From the NCBI GenBank assembly GCA_038116945.1, contig JAYOEY010000002.1, positions 20,958 to 84,957 on the forward strand: DNA of 64,000 bases. Reading direction: 5' to 3'. The position numbers were made by a program, and so were the translations under genes. Positions 17,474 through 28,029 of the stretch are shown here, in pieces. The notes below the pieces were generated by a model. It saw nothing but the letters and a program-made list of their open reading frames with translations. It did not search any database and was not told where the DNA came from. This DNA comes from Rhodospirillales bacterium (GTDB lineage: Bacteria; Pseudomonadota; Alphaproteobacteria; MPNO01; UBA2964). The first letter of the stretch is position 1, and the number at the start of each line of letters is the position of its first letter.

Positions 17474-18465
17474 ATGAACTAAAAGGCAAACGCGTTCTGA
17501 TAACCGGGGGCAGCGGTTTCATCCCGTCGCATCTCACCCGGCGTCTGGTTAAGGGCGGGGCGAACGTCACCATCACGACCAAATACAACAGCGTCATCGA
17601 CAACGCGCGGATCGCCGATGTCTGGAACGACATCAACGTCATCGAGGCGGATCTCCGCAATTTCGACATCCTGCGCCAGCTCGCGGTGCTCAAACCCGAG
17701 ATCATTTTTCACACGGCGGCCTACAATCATGTGGGCTCCAGTTTCGACAATTTCGCCGAGGCGATGGATTCCAACGCCAAGGGGACCGCGAACCTTCTGG
17801 AAGCCTACGAGGATTACGAACGCTTCATCTATATTTCGTCCTCCGAAGTGTACGGGGCGCAGGACAGCGTTCCGTTCGTCGAGACCATGACGCCGCACCC
17901 GATCTCTCCCTATGCGATCGGGAAATATGCCGGCGAGCTTTACGCCTGGATGAAAATGGACCAGGTGGGACGTCCGATTGCGATCGTCCGTCCGTTCAAC
18001 GCCTATGGCCCCTATCAGAGTCAGCGGGCCGTAATTCCCGAGATCATCGTCAAATGTTTGAAGGGCGAGGCCATACCCCTTACCGAAGGTCGCCAGACCC
18101 GCGAATTCAATTACGTCGAGAACCTTGTCGACGGTTTCATCCTCGCGGCGACCAGGGAAGCCGCGCTCGGTCAGGTCATCAATATCGGGGCGGGCGAGGA
18201 AACCTCCATCCGCGACCTGCTGCACCTGATCCATCAGCTCACCGATTCGACTTCCGAACTTCAGATCGGCGCCCTGCCGCATCGGCCGACCGAAATCTGG
18301 CGCATGTGCGCCGACGCCACGCGCGCCCGGGATCTACTCGGCTGGGAGCCAAGGGTCCGGCTGGCCGAGGGGCTCGAACGCACGATCGCCTGGCATCGCG
18401 ACTATATGGACGTGTTCGAGAACCCTGCGGGTGCGCTGCAGCGCCTGGTGACGCACGGCTCGTAA
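17470..18465 (+). CDS. NAD-dependent epimerase/dehydratase (extended SDR)
   Basis: VLITGGSGFIPSHL and YAIGKYAGE (YxxxK). Confidence 0.75.
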   Translation: MNELKGKRVLITGGSGFIPSHLTRRLVKGGANVTITTKYNSVIDNARIADVWNDINVIEADLRNFDILRQLAVLKPEIIFHTAAYNHVGSSFDNFAEAMDSNAKGTANLLEAYEDYERFIYISSSEVYGAQDSVPFVETMTPHPISPYAIGKYAGELYAWMKMDQVGRPIAIVRPFNAYGPYQSQRAVIPEIIVKCLKGEAIPLTEGRQTREFNYVENLVDGFILAATREAALGQVINIGAGEETSIRDLLHLIHQLTDSTSELQIGALPHRPTEIWRMCADATRARDLLGWEPRVRLAEGLERTIAWHRDYMDVFENPAGALQRLVTHGS

Positions 18466-18528
18466 CGCGCCTTTCATCAGGTCCGATCGACCGGAGACGA
18501 AGCAGTGCCGCCTGATGGCGGCGAAACC

Positions 18529-19707
18529 ATGCCCATGACGCAGCGACGTTATATTCCTTACGGCCGCCAGGACATCGACGATCACGACAGGGCCGCCGTC
18601 GACCGAATCCTGCGCGCTGATTTCATCACGCAGGGACCGGCTATCGACGCGTTTGAAGCAGACCTCGCCGGATTGTGCGAATCCCGCTATAGCGTTGCCG
18701 TCAGCAGCGGCACTGCCGCGCTGCACCTCGCCTATCTCGCGCTTGGCGTCGGGCCCGGCGACACCGTCTGGACCACGCCCAACAGTTTTGTCGCGACCGC
18801 GAATGCCGCCCTCCTCTGCGGGGCGAAGGTCGACTTCGTCGATATCGATCCCGACACCCGATGCATGAGCCCCCAGGCGCTGGAGCGCAAGCTGGCCGCG
18901 AGCTCCGCGACAGCGCTGCCCAAGGCGGTCGTACCGGTTCATTTCGGCGGCCATTGCTGCGATATGCCCGCCATCGCCGGGCTCGCCGCAGCGTATGGAT
19001 TCCGGGTCGTCGAGGACGGCGCGCATTCGCTGGGGGCGGCATACAGGGACGCCGACGGCGCCCGGCACATGTTCGGTTCCTGCGCGCACGCCGACCTGGC
19101 GATCGCAAGCTTCCATCCGGTGAAGATAATCACCACCGGAGAGGGCGGTGCGGTCATGACCGGCGATGCCGAACTCGATCGTCGCCTGCGGCTGCTGCGG
19201 AGCCACGGCGTGACCCGCGATGCCGGGCTGATGGAAAACCCCTCAGAGGGCGACTGGTATTACGAGCAGGTTGCGCTCGGCCTCAACTACCGCATCACGG
19301 ATCTGCAATGCGCGCTGGGCAGCAGCCAGCTCGCGCGGCTGCCCGGTTTTCTCGAAAGACGGCGTCACCTGGCGGCCCGGTACGATGAGCTGCTTTCCGG
19401 TCTGCCGGTTCGCCGGCCGACAGTCATGCCGGGACACGAACCGGCCTGGCATCTCTACGCGATAGAGGTCGACGCCGACCGACGCCGATCTGCGTTCGAT
19501 GCCATGCGCGCCGCGGGCATCGGCGTTAACGTGCATTACATCCCGATCCATCTGCAGCCCCATTACCGTCGACTTCAGTTCGCGCCCGGACAGTTCCCGG
19601 TTGCGGAACGGTATTACCGGGGGGCGCTGTCCCTGCCGCTGTTTCCCGGTCTTGAAACTGACGAGCAGGATCATGTGGTATCCGTGCTGGCCGAGGCGCT
19701 GTCGTGA
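18529..19707 (+). CDS. pseC: DegT/DnrJ/EryC1 aminotransferase, PseC-like (UDP-4-amino-4,6-dideoxy-N-acetyl-beta-L-altrosamine transaminase)
   Basis: YIPYGRQDIDDHDRAAV start typical of PseC/ArnB, SSGTAALHLA, SFHPVKIITTGEGG (PLP lysine) and LRSHGV. Confidence 0.7.
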   Translation: MPMTQRRYIPYGRQDIDDHDRAAVDRILRADFITQGPAIDAFEADLAGLCESRYSVAVSSGTAALHLAYLALGVGPGDTVWTTPNSFVATANAALLCGAKVDFVDIDPDTRCMSPQALERKLAASSATALPKAVVPVHFGGHCCDMPAIAGLAAAYGFRVVEDGAHSLGAAYRDADGARHMFGSCAHADLAIASFHPVKIITTGEGGAVMTGDAELDRRLRLLRSHGVTRDAGLMENPSEGDWYYEQVALGLNYRITDLQCALGSSQLARLPGFLERRRHLAARYDELLSGLPVRRPTVMPGHEPAWHLYAIEVDADRRRSAFDAMRAAGIGVNVHYIPIHLQPHYRRLQFAPGQFPVAERYYRGALSLPLFPGLETDEQDHVVSVLAEALS

Positions 19708-20609
19708 GGATTGTGCTGGGGTCCGCGCAGTTCGGGTCCGACTACGGCATATCGAACAAGGTCGGCCGGCTTTCCGGGGACGCGGTGAAATCGCTTCTGA
19801 CTCGCGCCCGCAGTCATGGTATCGACACGATCGACACCGCGTGCCTTTACGGCGACGCTGAAAGCGTCCTTGGCGAATCGCTCGGGGACCCGGGGTGGAA
19901 AATCGTCACCAAGACGCCAAAATTTACCGGCCTGACGGGCGCGCGGGCGGTCGAAGGCCTGCGCGCTGCTTTCGATGCCTCGCTGGAACGTCTTCGCCGG
20001 GACCGGCTGCAAGGTCTGCTGGCACATGATGCCGACGATCTGCTGGGTCCCCATGGACCGCGAATCTGGCGTGCAATGCAGGATCTGAGGGCCGATGGCC
20101 GGGTCGGGATGATCGGGGCTTCGGTCTATACCGGCGGCCAAATCGACGGCCTGCTGGCGAGATACGATCTCGATCTCATCCAGCTGCCCCTTAACATGCT
20201 CGACCGCCGCCTTGTGGATGGAGGCCAGCTGGAAAAGCTATTGGCTGCCGGCGTGACGGTTCATGCGCGATCGGTATTTCTGCAGGGGCTGCTTCTGATG
20301 CCGCCCGAAGGGTTGCCGCCGCGATTTGCGGATATCGCGCCGCGTCTCCGGGTCCTGCGCGAACGGCTGTCCTGCATGGGGTTGTCGCCGGTCGAGGGCG
20401 CCCTCGCAGCGGTCAGGGCAGGACCTGAAATCGACGCTATCGTCGTCGGCGTCACCAGCACCTGCGAGCTGGACGAAATCGTGAGCGCGGCGGAGAGGAT
20501 TGCCGGCCTCGAGACGGATTTGCCGTTTGAAGAATTTGCGGTTGCGGACGCGACCGTTCTCGATCCACAACATTGGCCGGATCGGCGCCCGCAGGGCGTC
20601 GTGGGCTAG
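19704..20609 (+). CDS. aldo/keto reductase (GTG start overlapping pseC stop)
   Basis: VLGSAQFGSDYG, DTIDTACLYGDAE. Confidence 0.7.
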   Translation: MRIVLGSAQFGSDYGISNKVGRLSGDAVKSLLTRARSHGIDTIDTACLYGDAESVLGESLGDPGWKIVTKTPKFTGLTGARAVEGLRAAFDASLERLRRDRLQGLLAHDADDLLGPHGPRIWRAMQDLRADGRVGMIGASVYTGGQIDGLLARYDLDLIQLPLNMLDRRLVDGGQLEKLLAAGVTVHARSVFLQGLLLMPPEGLPPRFADIAPRLRVLRERLSCMGLSPVEGALAAVRAGPEIDAIVVGVTSTCELDEIVSAAERIAGLETDLPFEEFAVADATVLDPQHWPDRRPQGVVG

Positions 20610-20618
20610 GAGAAACGA

Positions 20619-21830
20619 ATGCTGAAAAAATGCAGCCAGTGCGGTCTGCCGGAAACCTACGAGACGATCGAGTTCGACGGACAGGGCGTCTGCAATATCT
20701 GCAATCAGAAGTCCTATCGCGACGGCGCCATCGACTGGGACGCACGCTACGCCATTCTCGCCGATCTGATCGAGCAGTACCGGGGCAAGCACGATTACGA
20801 CTGCATCGTGCCGTTTTCCGGCGGAAAAGATTCGACCTATACGCTGTGGCGGCTGGTAACGGACTTCAAGATCAAGCCGCTGGTGGTTCAGTTCGATCAC
20901 GGCTTCATGAGACGCGGGCTCAGGGAAAACAATCTGAGAACCTTCAAGAAGCTGGGCGTGGACGTTCTTTCCTTCACGCCCAACTGGAAACTGGTCAAGC
21001 GTCTGATGCTGGAGGCGCTCGTCCGCAAGGGCGATTTCTGCTGGCACTGCCATACCGGAATCTTCTCTTACCCCATGCATGTCGCGCTCCGTTACGAGGT
21101 GCCGCTGGTCTTCTGGGGAGAGCCATCGAGCGAATACACGGCCTATTACGACTACCGCGACGACGAGATCGAGGAGGTCGACGAGGAGCGGTTCAACCGG
21201 TTCGTCAATCTGGGGATCACGGCCGAGGACATGGCCGGCATGATCGACGCCGATTTCGAATTCGACAGGCGCGATCTCGCGCCGTTTACCTACCCGCCGC
21301 TCAGGAGCCTCAAGCGGCTGGGTTACCGGTCGGTGTGTCTGGGGTCGTTCATCCCGTGGGATGTTCGCAAACAGGTTGGAATCATAGAACGCGAACTGGG
21401 CTGGAAGGGCGATCAGGTCGAAGGCATGCCGTGGGATGCGTACCCTTATGAAAAGATCGAGTGCTTCATGCAGGGTATGCGCGATTACATCAAGTACATG
21501 AAGCGGGGCTATTCGCGCGTCAGCCAGATGGTTGCGCTCGATCTTCGCAACGGGCGGATCGAAAAGGAAGCGGCGGACAGGCTGGTGGAACAGTTCGAAG
21601 GCCGGAAGCCGCCCTCGCTTGAAATCTTTCTCGAATATCTCGGCCTGACCGAGGACGAATTCAATTCGATCGTCATGAAAACCGTCGTTCCGCCGCACGC
21701 GCCAGACCTTGCGTCGCTTGAGGTTGCTCCCAGGACATGGGATTTCGATCAATGGTATCGCGAGGCGCCCGAGGACCGGGGAATCCCGTGCAAACCGGGC
21801 GCTTGCCGCACCTGTTTCGACTGCGCCTGA
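20619..21830 (+). CDS. PP-loop N-acetyl sugar amidotransferase (PseA/WbuX/WbpG family), copy 1
   Basis: N-terminal Cys cluster (CSQCGLP...CNICNQ) and PP-loop (CIVPFSGGKDSTY). AGGAGA ribosome-binding site 6 nt upstream. Confidence 0.8.
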   Translation: MLKKCSQCGLPETYETIEFDGQGVCNICNQKSYRDGAIDWDARYAILADLIEQYRGKHDYDCIVPFSGGKDSTYTLWRLVTDFKIKPLVVQFDHGFMRRGLRENNLRTFKKLGVDVLSFTPNWKLVKRLMLEALVRKGDFCWHCHTGIFSYPMHVALRYEVPLVFWGEPSSEYTAYYDYRDDEIEEVDEERFNRFVNLGITAEDMAGMIDADFEFDRRDLAPFTYPPLRSLKRLGYRSVCLGSFIPWDVRKQVGIIERELGWKGDQVEGMPWDAYPYEKIECFMQGMRDYIKYMKRGYSRVSQMVALDLRNGRIEKEAADRLVEQFEGRKPPSLEIFLEYLGLTEDEFNSIVMKTVVPPHAPDLASLEVAPRTWDFDQWYREAPEDRGIPCKPGACRTCFDCA

Positions 21831-21863
21831 CGGACGGCGCGACTGCCAACCGGCTCCCGGCGG

Positions 21864-22481
21864 ATGATCGGCATTCTCGACATCGGGATGGGCAATCTCG
21901 GCTCGGTATGGAACGCGACTTACGAGTCGGGGTTCGATCCCGAGATCGTCATCGATCCGGACGATCTCGACCAGATCGACCACCTCATCCTGCCCGGGGT
22001 CGGCCATTTCGCGACCGCGATGGAAAAACTCTGCGAAATGGGCATGGTCTCGCCGCTCAGGAGCTATGTCGAAAGCGGCCGTCCGCTGCTCGGTCTCTGC
22101 GTCGGCATGCAGGTGCTGGCCACCGAGGGAACGGAAGGCGCCAGGACGCCAGGGCTCGATATCATCGCCGGGACGGTCGACCGACTGCCGGTCAATCCGC
22201 CCTTCCGGGTACCGCATATCGGCTGGAACGCGGTCAGCGCCGTCCGGGATCATCCCGTCCTGGAGCGCATCAAACCTGAACGGGACTTTTACTTCGTCCA
22301 TTCCTACGCGTTCCGTCCGGTGGACGAGGCGAACATCGTGGCAAGAACCGAATACGGCGCGCCGTTTGCATCGATCGTCGGCCGGGCGAACGTACTCGGG
22401 TGCCAGTTCCACCCCGAGAAGAGTCAGGCCAACGGGTTGCGGATCCTGGAAAACTTCTGCCGGTGGGACGGGGTATGCTGA
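21864..22481 (+). CDS. HisH-like glutamine amidotransferase (WbuY-like), copy 1
   Basis: IGILDIGMGNLGSV, LLGLCVGMQVL (catalytic Cys), CQFHPEKS. Confidence 0.85.
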   Translation: MIGILDIGMGNLGSVWNATYESGFDPEIVIDPDDLDQIDHLILPGVGHFATAMEKLCEMGMVSPLRSYVESGRPLLGLCVGMQVLATEGTEGARTPGLDIIAGTVDRLPVNPPFRVPHIGWNAVSAVRDHPVLERIKPERDFYFVHSYAFRPVDEANIVARTEYGAPFASIVGRANVLGCQFHPEKSQANGLRILENFCRWDGVC

Positions 22482-23239
22482 AAAAACGCATCATCGCCAT
22501 CCAGCTCCTGCTCGGGGAACGGCTGGTCAAGACCCGCGAATTCGGCGGTTACCGAGATGTCGGCGATCCCGTAAAAAGCGCCGCCGTCTACAATTCGCAG
22601 CATCTCGACGAGCTGATCCTGCTGAATATCGATCGCGACCGGCGCTCGGCTGACGTTTTCGCCGACTGGCTCAAGGAAATTTCCAAGGTCTGTTTCATGC
22701 CGCTGTCGATCGGCGGCGGCATCACCGGGTTCGACGACGCGGCGTTTCTGATCAAGAACGGCGCCGACAAGGTCGTGGTCAACAGCGCCGCATACCGCGA
22801 CAAGAAGCTTCTTGGAGAAATCGCGAACCGTTTCGGATCGCAGGCAGTCGTTGTCGGCATCGATGTGAAGCGGGACCCCTCGGACGGGCGCATCCGGCTC
22901 TATTCGGATTGCGGCCGAAGCGCCGAGCCGGTCGCGCTCGCCGATCACATCCGTTCCTGCGTCGATGCCGGCGCGGGCGAAATTTTTGTCCAGTCGATCG
23001 ACAATGACGGGGTCATGAAAGGGTTCGATATCCCGCTGATCGCGGAAACGCAGGCGGCGGCCGCCGTACCGGTAATCGGCGCCGGCGGGTCCGGCACCTA
23101 CGAGATGCTCCGCGAGGCCTTTGTCGCGACCGATGTCAGCGCGCTCGCCTGCGGCAGCATGTTCAATTTTACGGACAGCCAGTGGATGCGGGCCAAGGCG
23201 CATCTGACCAATTACGGACTTCCCTTCAAGGCGGTGTGA
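22475..23239 (+). CDS. HisF-like cyclase subunit (WbuZ-like), copy 1
   Basis: MLKKRIIAIQLLLGERLVKTREF and SIGGGITGFDD. Overlaps the upstream gene by ATGCTGA. Confidence 0.85.
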   Translation: MLKKRIIAIQLLLGERLVKTREFGGYRDVGDPVKSAAVYNSQHLDELILLNIDRDRRSADVFADWLKEISKVCFMPLSIGGGITGFDDAAFLIKNGADKVVVNSAAYRDKKLLGEIANRFGSQAVVVGIDVKRDPSDGRIRLYSDCGRSAEPVALADHIRSCVDAGAGEIFVQSIDNDGVMKGFDIPLIAETQAAAAVPVIGAGGSGTYEMLREAFVATDVSALACGSMFNFTDSQWMRAKAHLTNYGLPFKAV

Positions 23240-23240
23240 C

Positions 23241-23798
23241 GTGACCGGTTCGACGGAGACGGTTCTCGAAGGGGAGATCATACGGCTGCGTTATCTCGAC
23301 GAGGACGACGCCACCCCGGTTTACGCCGGCTGGATGAATGCGCCGGAAATAAACCGCTTTCTCGAGAGCCGGTTCGCGGTCCAGACCGTCGATACCGTCC
23401 GCGATTTCATCCGTGCCGCGCGCGACAATGAAGATGTCCATCTGTTCGGCATGTTCCTGCGGCGGGACGGCCGACATGTGGGAAACATAAAGCTGGGCCC
23501 CATCGACCGCAGACACGGCACCGCCGATGTCGGGCTTCTTGTCGGGGCGGCGGATGTCTGGGGACAAGGCGTGGCAACCGATGCCATCGCGCTGGTTGCG
23601 CGGTTTGCGACCGGGCCGCTCGGGCTCCGCCGCGTGACGGCTGGCGCCTATGCCCGGAACGCCGGCTGCATCCGCGCTTTCGAGAAAGCGGGTTTCGTCA
23701 GGGAAGGCGTCCTGCGCCGGCAGGTCATCGGGGCCGACGGCGTGGCGGACGATGTGATCAAGCTGGGCGTTCTCGCCGAAGAGCTCGCCGGGTCATGA
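23241..23798 (+). CDS. GNAT family N-acetyltransferase (GTG start)
   Basis: RimL/PseH-like fold (IRLRYLDEDD...NAGCIRAFEKAGFVREGVLR). Confidence 0.65.
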   Translation: MTGSTETVLEGEIIRLRYLDEDDATPVYAGWMNAPEINRFLESRFAVQTVDTVRDFIRAARDNEDVHLFGMFLRRDGRHVGNIKLGPIDRRHGTADVGLLVGAADVWGQGVATDAIALVARFATGPLGLRRVTAGAYARNAGCIRAFEKAGFVREGVLRRQVIGADGVADDVIKLGVLAEELAGS

Positions 23799-24547
23799 TC
23801 GCGATCCTGCAGGCCCGCATGTCGTCGACCCGGCTGCCCGGCAAGGTGCTGGCTCCCATTCTGGGCCGGCCGATGCTGTCATTGCAGATTGAGCGAATCG
23901 GACGCGCGCGCGCCTGTAAAAACCTGATTGTGGCGACCAGCGACCAGGCGGAGGACCAGCCCATTGCCGATCTCTGCGCGGAGATCGGCGTTGCGGTCTA
24001 TCGCGGCTCGCTGAACGACGTCCTCGACCGGTTCTACCGGGCCGCGCTGCCCCACCGGCCGGATCGAGTGATTCGCCTGACGGCCGATTGTCCGCTGGCC
24101 GACTGGACCGTGATCGACCGTGTCTGCGATGCGGCCGAGGCCGGAGGATACGATTACTGTTCCAATACGGTGGACCCCACCTGGCCCGACGGGCTCGACG
24201 TGGAAGTCGTCAGCTTCGAAGCGCTTGAAACCGCCTGGCGGGAAGCGGAATCGCCCTCCGAGCGCGAACATGTCCTGCCGTTCATCCATCGCCGTCCGGA
24301 CAGGTTCGGCATCGGTTCGGTCCGGAACGACCGCGACCTGTCTCATCTGCGATGGACCGTCGACGAACCGGCCGATCTCGATCTGGTGCGGTGCGTGTAC
24401 GAAGCGCTCTACCCCGCCGATCCGGCCTTTACGACCGACGACATTCTCGATTTTCTGGATGCCCACCCCGAGCTTGTCCGGCTTAACGCCCATATCGAAC
24501 GCAACGAAGGCCTGAAGCGTTCGGATGGCGCCGGCAACGCCGCCTGA
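23795..24547 (+). CDS. CTP_transf_3-family cytidylyltransferase (SpsF/COG1861-like), copy 1
   Basis: MIAILQARMSSTRLPGKVL and RLTADCPL. Confidence 0.65.
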   Translation: MIAILQARMSSTRLPGKVLAPILGRPMLSLQIERIGRARACKNLIVATSDQAEDQPIADLCAEIGVAVYRGSLNDVLDRFYRAALPHRPDRVIRLTADCPLADWTVIDRVCDAAEAGGYDYCSNTVDPTWPDGLDVEVVSFEALETAWREAESPSEREHVLPFIHRRPDRFGIGSVRNDRDLSHLRWTVDEPADLDLVRCVYEALYPADPAFTTDDILDFLDAHPELVRLNAHIERNEGLKRSDGAGNAA

Positions 24548-25853
24548 AACGGAAACGCCCGTGAACAGTCCCGTATTTACTGAATCCGAAACCCTGCTCG
24601 AACGGGCGCTTCGCACCATTCCGCTGGGCGCTCAGACTTTTTCCAAGAGCGCGGTCCAGTACCCGCGCGGCGTCTCGCCCTATTTCCTCGAGCGGGGGGA
24701 TGGTTGTCGGGTATGGGATGTCGACGGCAACGAATATATCGATTTCGTCAACGGGCTGTGCGCGATGACCCTGGGCTATCGCGATCCTGACGTCGATGCC
24801 GCGGTCCGGGGGCAGCTCGATCGGGGGGTCATCTTCAGCCTCTCGCACCCGCTCGAGATGCAGGTCGCCGAAACGATTGTCGAGATGGTGCCCTGCGCCG
24901 AGATGGTTCGGTTCGGCAAGAACGGTTCCGATGCGACGACCGGCGCAATTCGTCTGGCCCGCGCCTTTACCGGCCGCGACCGCATCGCCGCGTGCGGCTA
25001 TCACGGCTGGCAGGACTGGTATATCGGATCGACCTCGCGCAATCGGGGGGTTCCGCAGGCTACGCGCGAACTGACCCATGGCTTTGCTTTCAACAAGTTG
25101 GACACATTGCGCGACCTGTTCCGGAAATTTCCCGGCGAGATCGCAGCGGTTATTCTGGAACCCATGAACACGACCCGGCCCGCCCCCGGATTTCTCGAGG
25201 GCGTGCGCGACCTGTGCAAGGCCGAAGGCGCGTTGCTGGTTTTCGACGAAATGATCACCGGTTTCCGGTTCGCCGATGGCGGTGCGCAGCAACTGTTCGG
25301 CGTGACGCCCGATCTTTGCAGCCTCGGCAAGGGCATGGCGAACGGTTATCCCCTGTCGGCGGTCGCGGGCCGGGCGGACGTGATGGCGCTGATGGAGGAG
25401 GTCTTCTTTTCGTTCACGATGGGCGGTGAAGCGCTGTCGCTCGCCGCCGCCCTGGCGACAATGGAAAAGACCAGGACGATGGCGGTTACCGCTCGCCTTG
25501 CCGAACTCGGAACCCGGCTTCAGGACGGAGTGGAGGAACGAATCGCGCGTCACGGCTGCAGCGACTTCCTTTCCAGCGCCGGGCATCCGAGCTGGTCTTT
25601 CCTGCTGTTCGCCGATTGCGGCGACTATTCGTCCTGGGACATCAAGACGCTCTGGATGCAGGAAATTCTCGCGCGCGGAATCCTGTCGTTCGGAACCCAC
25701 AACATGTCCTACGCCCACGGGCCGGCGGAAATCGACCGTCTGCTCGAAGTCTATGACGAGGTGTTTCCGGTTCTTCGCGCAGCGGTGTTAGAAAACAGGA
25801 TGAACGACTATCTGCGGTGCGCCCCGCTGCAACCTCTTTTTCGGGTCCGGTGA
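24525..25853 (+). CDS. class III aminotransferase (glutamate-1-semialdehyde aminomutase-like)
   Basis: VFDEMITGFRF and SLGKGMANGYP (PLP lysine). Confidence 0.75.
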   Translation: MAPATPPETETPVNSPVFTESETLLERALRTIPLGAQTFSKSAVQYPRGVSPYFLERGDGCRVWDVDGNEYIDFVNGLCAMTLGYRDPDVDAAVRGQLDRGVIFSLSHPLEMQVAETIVEMVPCAEMVRFGKNGSDATTGAIRLARAFTGRDRIAACGYHGWQDWYIGSTSRNRGVPQATRELTHGFAFNKLDTLRDLFRKFPGEIAAVILEPMNTTRPAPGFLEGVRDLCKAEGALLVFDEMITGFRFADGGAQQLFGVTPDLCSLGKGMANGYPLSAVAGRADVMALMEEVFFSFTMGGEALSLAAALATMEKTRTMAVTARLAELGTRLQDGVEERIARHGCSDFLSSAGHPSWSFLLFADCGDYSSWDIKTLWMQEILARGILSFGTHNMSYAHGPAEIDRLLEVYDEVFPVLRAAVLENRMNDYLRCAPLQPLFRVR

Positions 25854-27337
25854 TGCAGGCGCCGTCCCGCCGCGCCCTGTTCCGCGCTGATGCCTCTCCT
25901 GCGATCGGCGGCGGGCACGTCATGCGATGCCTGACGCTTGCAAACGAACTGGCAAGGAGGGGGTGGGAATGTCGCTTCGCATCGGTCGGGGAAACGACGC
26001 GGACCGTGCCGGCAGCTTTCTTCGCAGATCATGAAATTCACCGTCTGCCCGCCGATGCGGCCGCGGACCCGGACCGTCTTCCCGATGGCGACTGGGATCT
26101 CCTCGTGGTCGATCACTACGGCCTCGATGCGGAATACGAATGCCGGGTCCGCAACCGCGCGGGGACGGTTCTGGTTCTCGACGATCTGGCCGACCGGCCG
26201 CATGACTGCGATCTTCTGCTCGATCAGAATTTCGGCCGGCGGGGCGAGGATTACCGCTCGCTCGTGCCCGGCAATGCCCGCGTCATGGCCGGCCCCGCCT
26301 ATGCGCTTCTCCGGCCCGCCTTCGCGCGCCTCCGGCCGCAACGCCTGGCCGCGCTCGACAGGCCGGCTGAAAAGGTGGCGGTATCGATGGGGCTCGGCGA
26401 TGCCGACGGGGCCGTGCTGACGGTGATCGAGGGGTTCGCGAAATGCAGCGTGCCGATGGTCGCCGAGATCGTCATCGCCGCCGAAGCGGCCCACTATGCC
26501 GAGGCGAAGGAACGGGCGGCGTCCCTGGGCAGCGGGGTGCGGCTTCACACCCGCGTGGACGATATGGCGGCGCTGCTGGCGGGTTGCGATATCGCCATCG
26601 GCGCCGGTGGCGGAACAAGCTGGGAACGGTGTTGTCTGGCTCTGCCCACCATCCTGATTCCGATCGCCGACAACCAGCTTCCGGGATCGCGCGCCCTGGC
26701 TGCGGCCGGCGCCGTGCATCTTGTCGACCGCGGCGCCGAGCTGAGTGCCGACACGGTTGCCAAAGCGCTGGATCGACTGGTCCTGGAGGACGACTATCGA
26801 CTCGCGATGGCAAAATTGGCGGCAGGAATTTGCGACGGGATCGGGGTGCGGCGCGTCGTTCAGGCGCTCGACCCTCCCAGGGCCCGCGACGGCGGTGCGG
26901 TCATGCTGCGGCCGGCGACCGGGGCGGATGGCGATCTGTTGCTCGAATGGCAGAGTCATCCGGGCGTCCGGCGACATTTCCGCAATCCGGCCGTGCCGAC
27001 GCCCGAGGAACATTTTCGCTGGCTGGAAAGCAAGCTGTCCGACCCGGGTTGTCTTTTCAATATCATCCAGCACGACAGCCGCCCTGCCGGTGTCGTCAGG
27101 CTCGACCGGACAGGCCCGACCGCCTTCGAAGTTTCAATCCTTGCAGCCCCGGGGAGCGAACGGCTCGGGCTGGCGCGCGCCGGTCTCCTGCTCGCGCGGG
27201 ATCTTGTCCCGGACTCAAGTCTGGTCGCGGAAGTGCTGCCCGCAAACGTGGCGGCGCAAAACCTTTTCCGGTCAGCCGGCTACAAGGAAATCAGCCCGGG
27301 GCATTTCGAACAGCCGAACATGGATGCCGCCGCATGA
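25853..27337 (+). CDS. pseG: PseG (UDP-2,4-diacetamido-2,4,6-trideoxy-beta-L-altropyranose hydrolase) fused to a C-terminal PseH-like GNAT
   Basis: N-domain ALFRADASPAIGGGHVMRCLTLANEL (PseG/MurG-like GT-B). C-terminal 150 aa are GNAT (LRPATGADGDLLLEWQSHPGVRRHFRN). ATG overlaps the upstream TGA. Confidence 0.7.
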   Translation: MQAPSRRALFRADASPAIGGGHVMRCLTLANELARRGWECRFASVGETTRTVPAAFFADHEIHRLPADAAADPDRLPDGDWDLLVVDHYGLDAEYECRVRNRAGTVLVLDDLADRPHDCDLLLDQNFGRRGEDYRSLVPGNARVMAGPAYALLRPAFARLRPQRLAALDRPAEKVAVSMGLGDADGAVLTVIEGFAKCSVPMVAEIVIAAEAAHYAEAKERAASLGSGVRLHTRVDDMAALLAGCDIAIGAGGGTSWERCCLALPTILIPIADNQLPGSRALAAAGAVHLVDRGAELSADTVAKALDRLVLEDDYRLAMAKLAAGICDGIGVRRVVQALDPPRARDGGAVMLRPATGADGDLLLEWQSHPGVRRHFRNPAVPTPEEHFRWLESKLSDPGCLFNIIQHDSRPAGVVRLDRTGPTAFEVSILAAPGSERLGLARAGLLLARDLVPDSSLVAEVLPANVAAQNLFRSAGYKEISPGHFEQPNMDAAA

Positions 27338-28029
27338 CCGGCTATCTGGTGGCCGCCATAAAGCCCTGGAATGTCGATGCCTTTCAGCGTCATACGCCGT
27401 CGTTTCCGGGCGAGTGGTCTCTCGTTGACGACCCGGCCGACCTGACGCTCGAGCTGATCGAACGACTGCAACCTCGTTACGTCTTCTTTCCGCACTGGTC
27501 CTGGAAAGTACCGCCGGAAATTCTCTCTGCCGTCGAGTGCGTCTGTTTCCACATGACCGACGTTCCCTATGGCCGGGGCGGGAGCCCGTTGCAGAACCTG
27601 ATCCTCAACGGACATAATGCGACCATGCTCTCAGCGCTTCGGATGGTCGACGAGATGGATGCCGGCCCGGTATACGCAAAGACCGGACTGGATCTTTCGG
27701 GACGCGCACAGGAAATCTACGAGCGCGCGGCGAACCTGATCTACGAACTGATAGGCGATATCGTTGCGCGGGAACCCGAGCCGGTGACACAGGCCGGCGA
27801 CGTCGTGGTCTTTTCGCGTCGGTCGCCGGAGCAAAGCCTGCTTCCGACCAAGGGAACTCTTGAGGCGCTTTTCGATCACATCCGCATGCTCGATGCCGAG
27901 ACCTATCCGCGGGCCTTCCTCAGATACGGCGATTTTCAGCTCGAATTCGATCACGCGGAACTGGCCGGGGACAGGATCACCGCACGGGTTCTGATCCGGC
28001 CGGCAAATACCGAAAAGGACAGAAAATGA
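27334..28029 (+). CDS. formyltransferase-family protein (Fmt N-domain-like)
   Basis: 231 aa beginning MTGYLVAAIKPWN with LSALRMVDEMDAGPVY, read as a formyl_trans_N fold. The track's 26443..28029 ORF is rejected as a run-through N-extension. Confidence 0.6.
   Translation: MTGYLVAAIKPWNVDAFQRHTPSFPGEWSLVDDPADLTLELIERLQPRYVFFPHWSWKVPPEILSAVECVCFHMTDVPYGRGGSPLQNLILNGHNATMLSALRMVDEMDAGPVYAKTGLDLSGRAQEIYERAANLIYELIGDIVAREPEPVTQAGDVVVFSRRSPEQSLLPTKGTLEALFDHIRMLDAETYPRAFLRYGDFQLEFDHAELAGDRITARVLIRPANTEKDRK

Noticed and set aside
26443-28029. 528-aa ORF spanning the 3' part of the pseG-pseH gene.
   Set aside because: Only the last 231 codons (from ATG 27334, overlapping the pseGH stop) form a coherent formyltransferase-like protein. 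The upstream part is an Arg-rich out-of-frame read-through.
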